A stretch of DNA of 63,424 nucleotides, filler included, from Octopus bimaculoides (taxonomy: Eukaryota), in assembly GCF_001194135.2 (NCBI RefSeq). It is 5 parts of 5 records of this genome, joined end to end, with 100 filler letters (N's around TTAATTAATTAA, not from the genome) between each part and the next. Parts side by side here need not be neighbours in the genome. Positions count along the whole stretch, not along the records: positions 62,250 to 63,424 come from NW_026431728.1; 4 more parts are not named here. The stretch is one strand, 5' to 3'. The position numbers and the translations under genes were made by a program. Shown here in pieces: positions 63,083 through 63,424 of this stretch. Numbering within the stretch: the stretch's first letter is position 1; each line of letters opens with the position of its first letter. Below the pieces are notes generated by a model. The model was not told the DNA's origin and did no database searches. It saw only the letters and a program-made list of their open reading frames with translations.

Positions 63083-63424
63083 ACTTATACTTGTGTTTAC
63101 CTTAATTTACCTTAATTACGTTAATATTTCTATGTATATAAGAGGCAAAATCTTGGAATGGTTATCCATACTTCATGGGGAAAGAAACAGGCATAGATTT
63201 GGGTGGGTGAGAGGTTGGTAAATATGTAAAATTAGAAATTTTTAGAAAAATAATTGTTTTATAATCATAATTACCGTTGTATAAAACACAGGAATATTAA
63301 AAAACTAAAAATATAAGCGTAGGAAAAGAAATCACCCTCTTCATTGTCCCTGTCCATGTCCAAGAGATAGTTATAGTTATTCCTATACTTCACCAATATA
63401 TGTATGTATGTATGTATGTATGTA

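Noticed and set aside
62265-63221. Repeat protein (YISGIPVLLGMPA)n as a CDS
   Set aside because: In-frame TAA stops and frameshifts split it across frames. It is treated as a minisatellite.

Overview
This is AT-rich, repeat-saturated eukaryotic DNA from a draft assembly with many N-gaps, most of them flanked by (TA)n or (CA)n tracts. The SINE types and microsatellite load point to an octopod cephalopod such as Octopus (inference). No intact, recognisable host protein-coding gene was found. Every ORF with recognisable homology is a decayed transposon: two CR1-group LINEs, RTE-type LINE fragments, an I/Jockey-group LINE fragment, a shattered Penelope-like element, Tc1, mariner, hAT and Helitron fragments. 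There are also at least four SINE families, MITEs and fold-back hairpins, minisatellites and microsatellites. The long ORFs in the supplied track are artefacts of N-runs and microsatellites. A few short exon-like blocks, mostly on the minus strand at 35-58 kb, and two promoter-like CpG-rich patches suggest host genes but cannot be named. The most interesting observations are three LINE/SINE 3'-tail sharing pairs, a circularly permuted SINE, hammerhead-like cores in Penelope-type repeats, long near-perfect hairpins that could be ADAR substrates, a tandem Helitron next to a palindromic 39-bp minisatellite, a duplicated non-coding block, and a CpG-depleted/CpG-retained domain structure. Family and domain names come from remembered motif similarity, not database searches.
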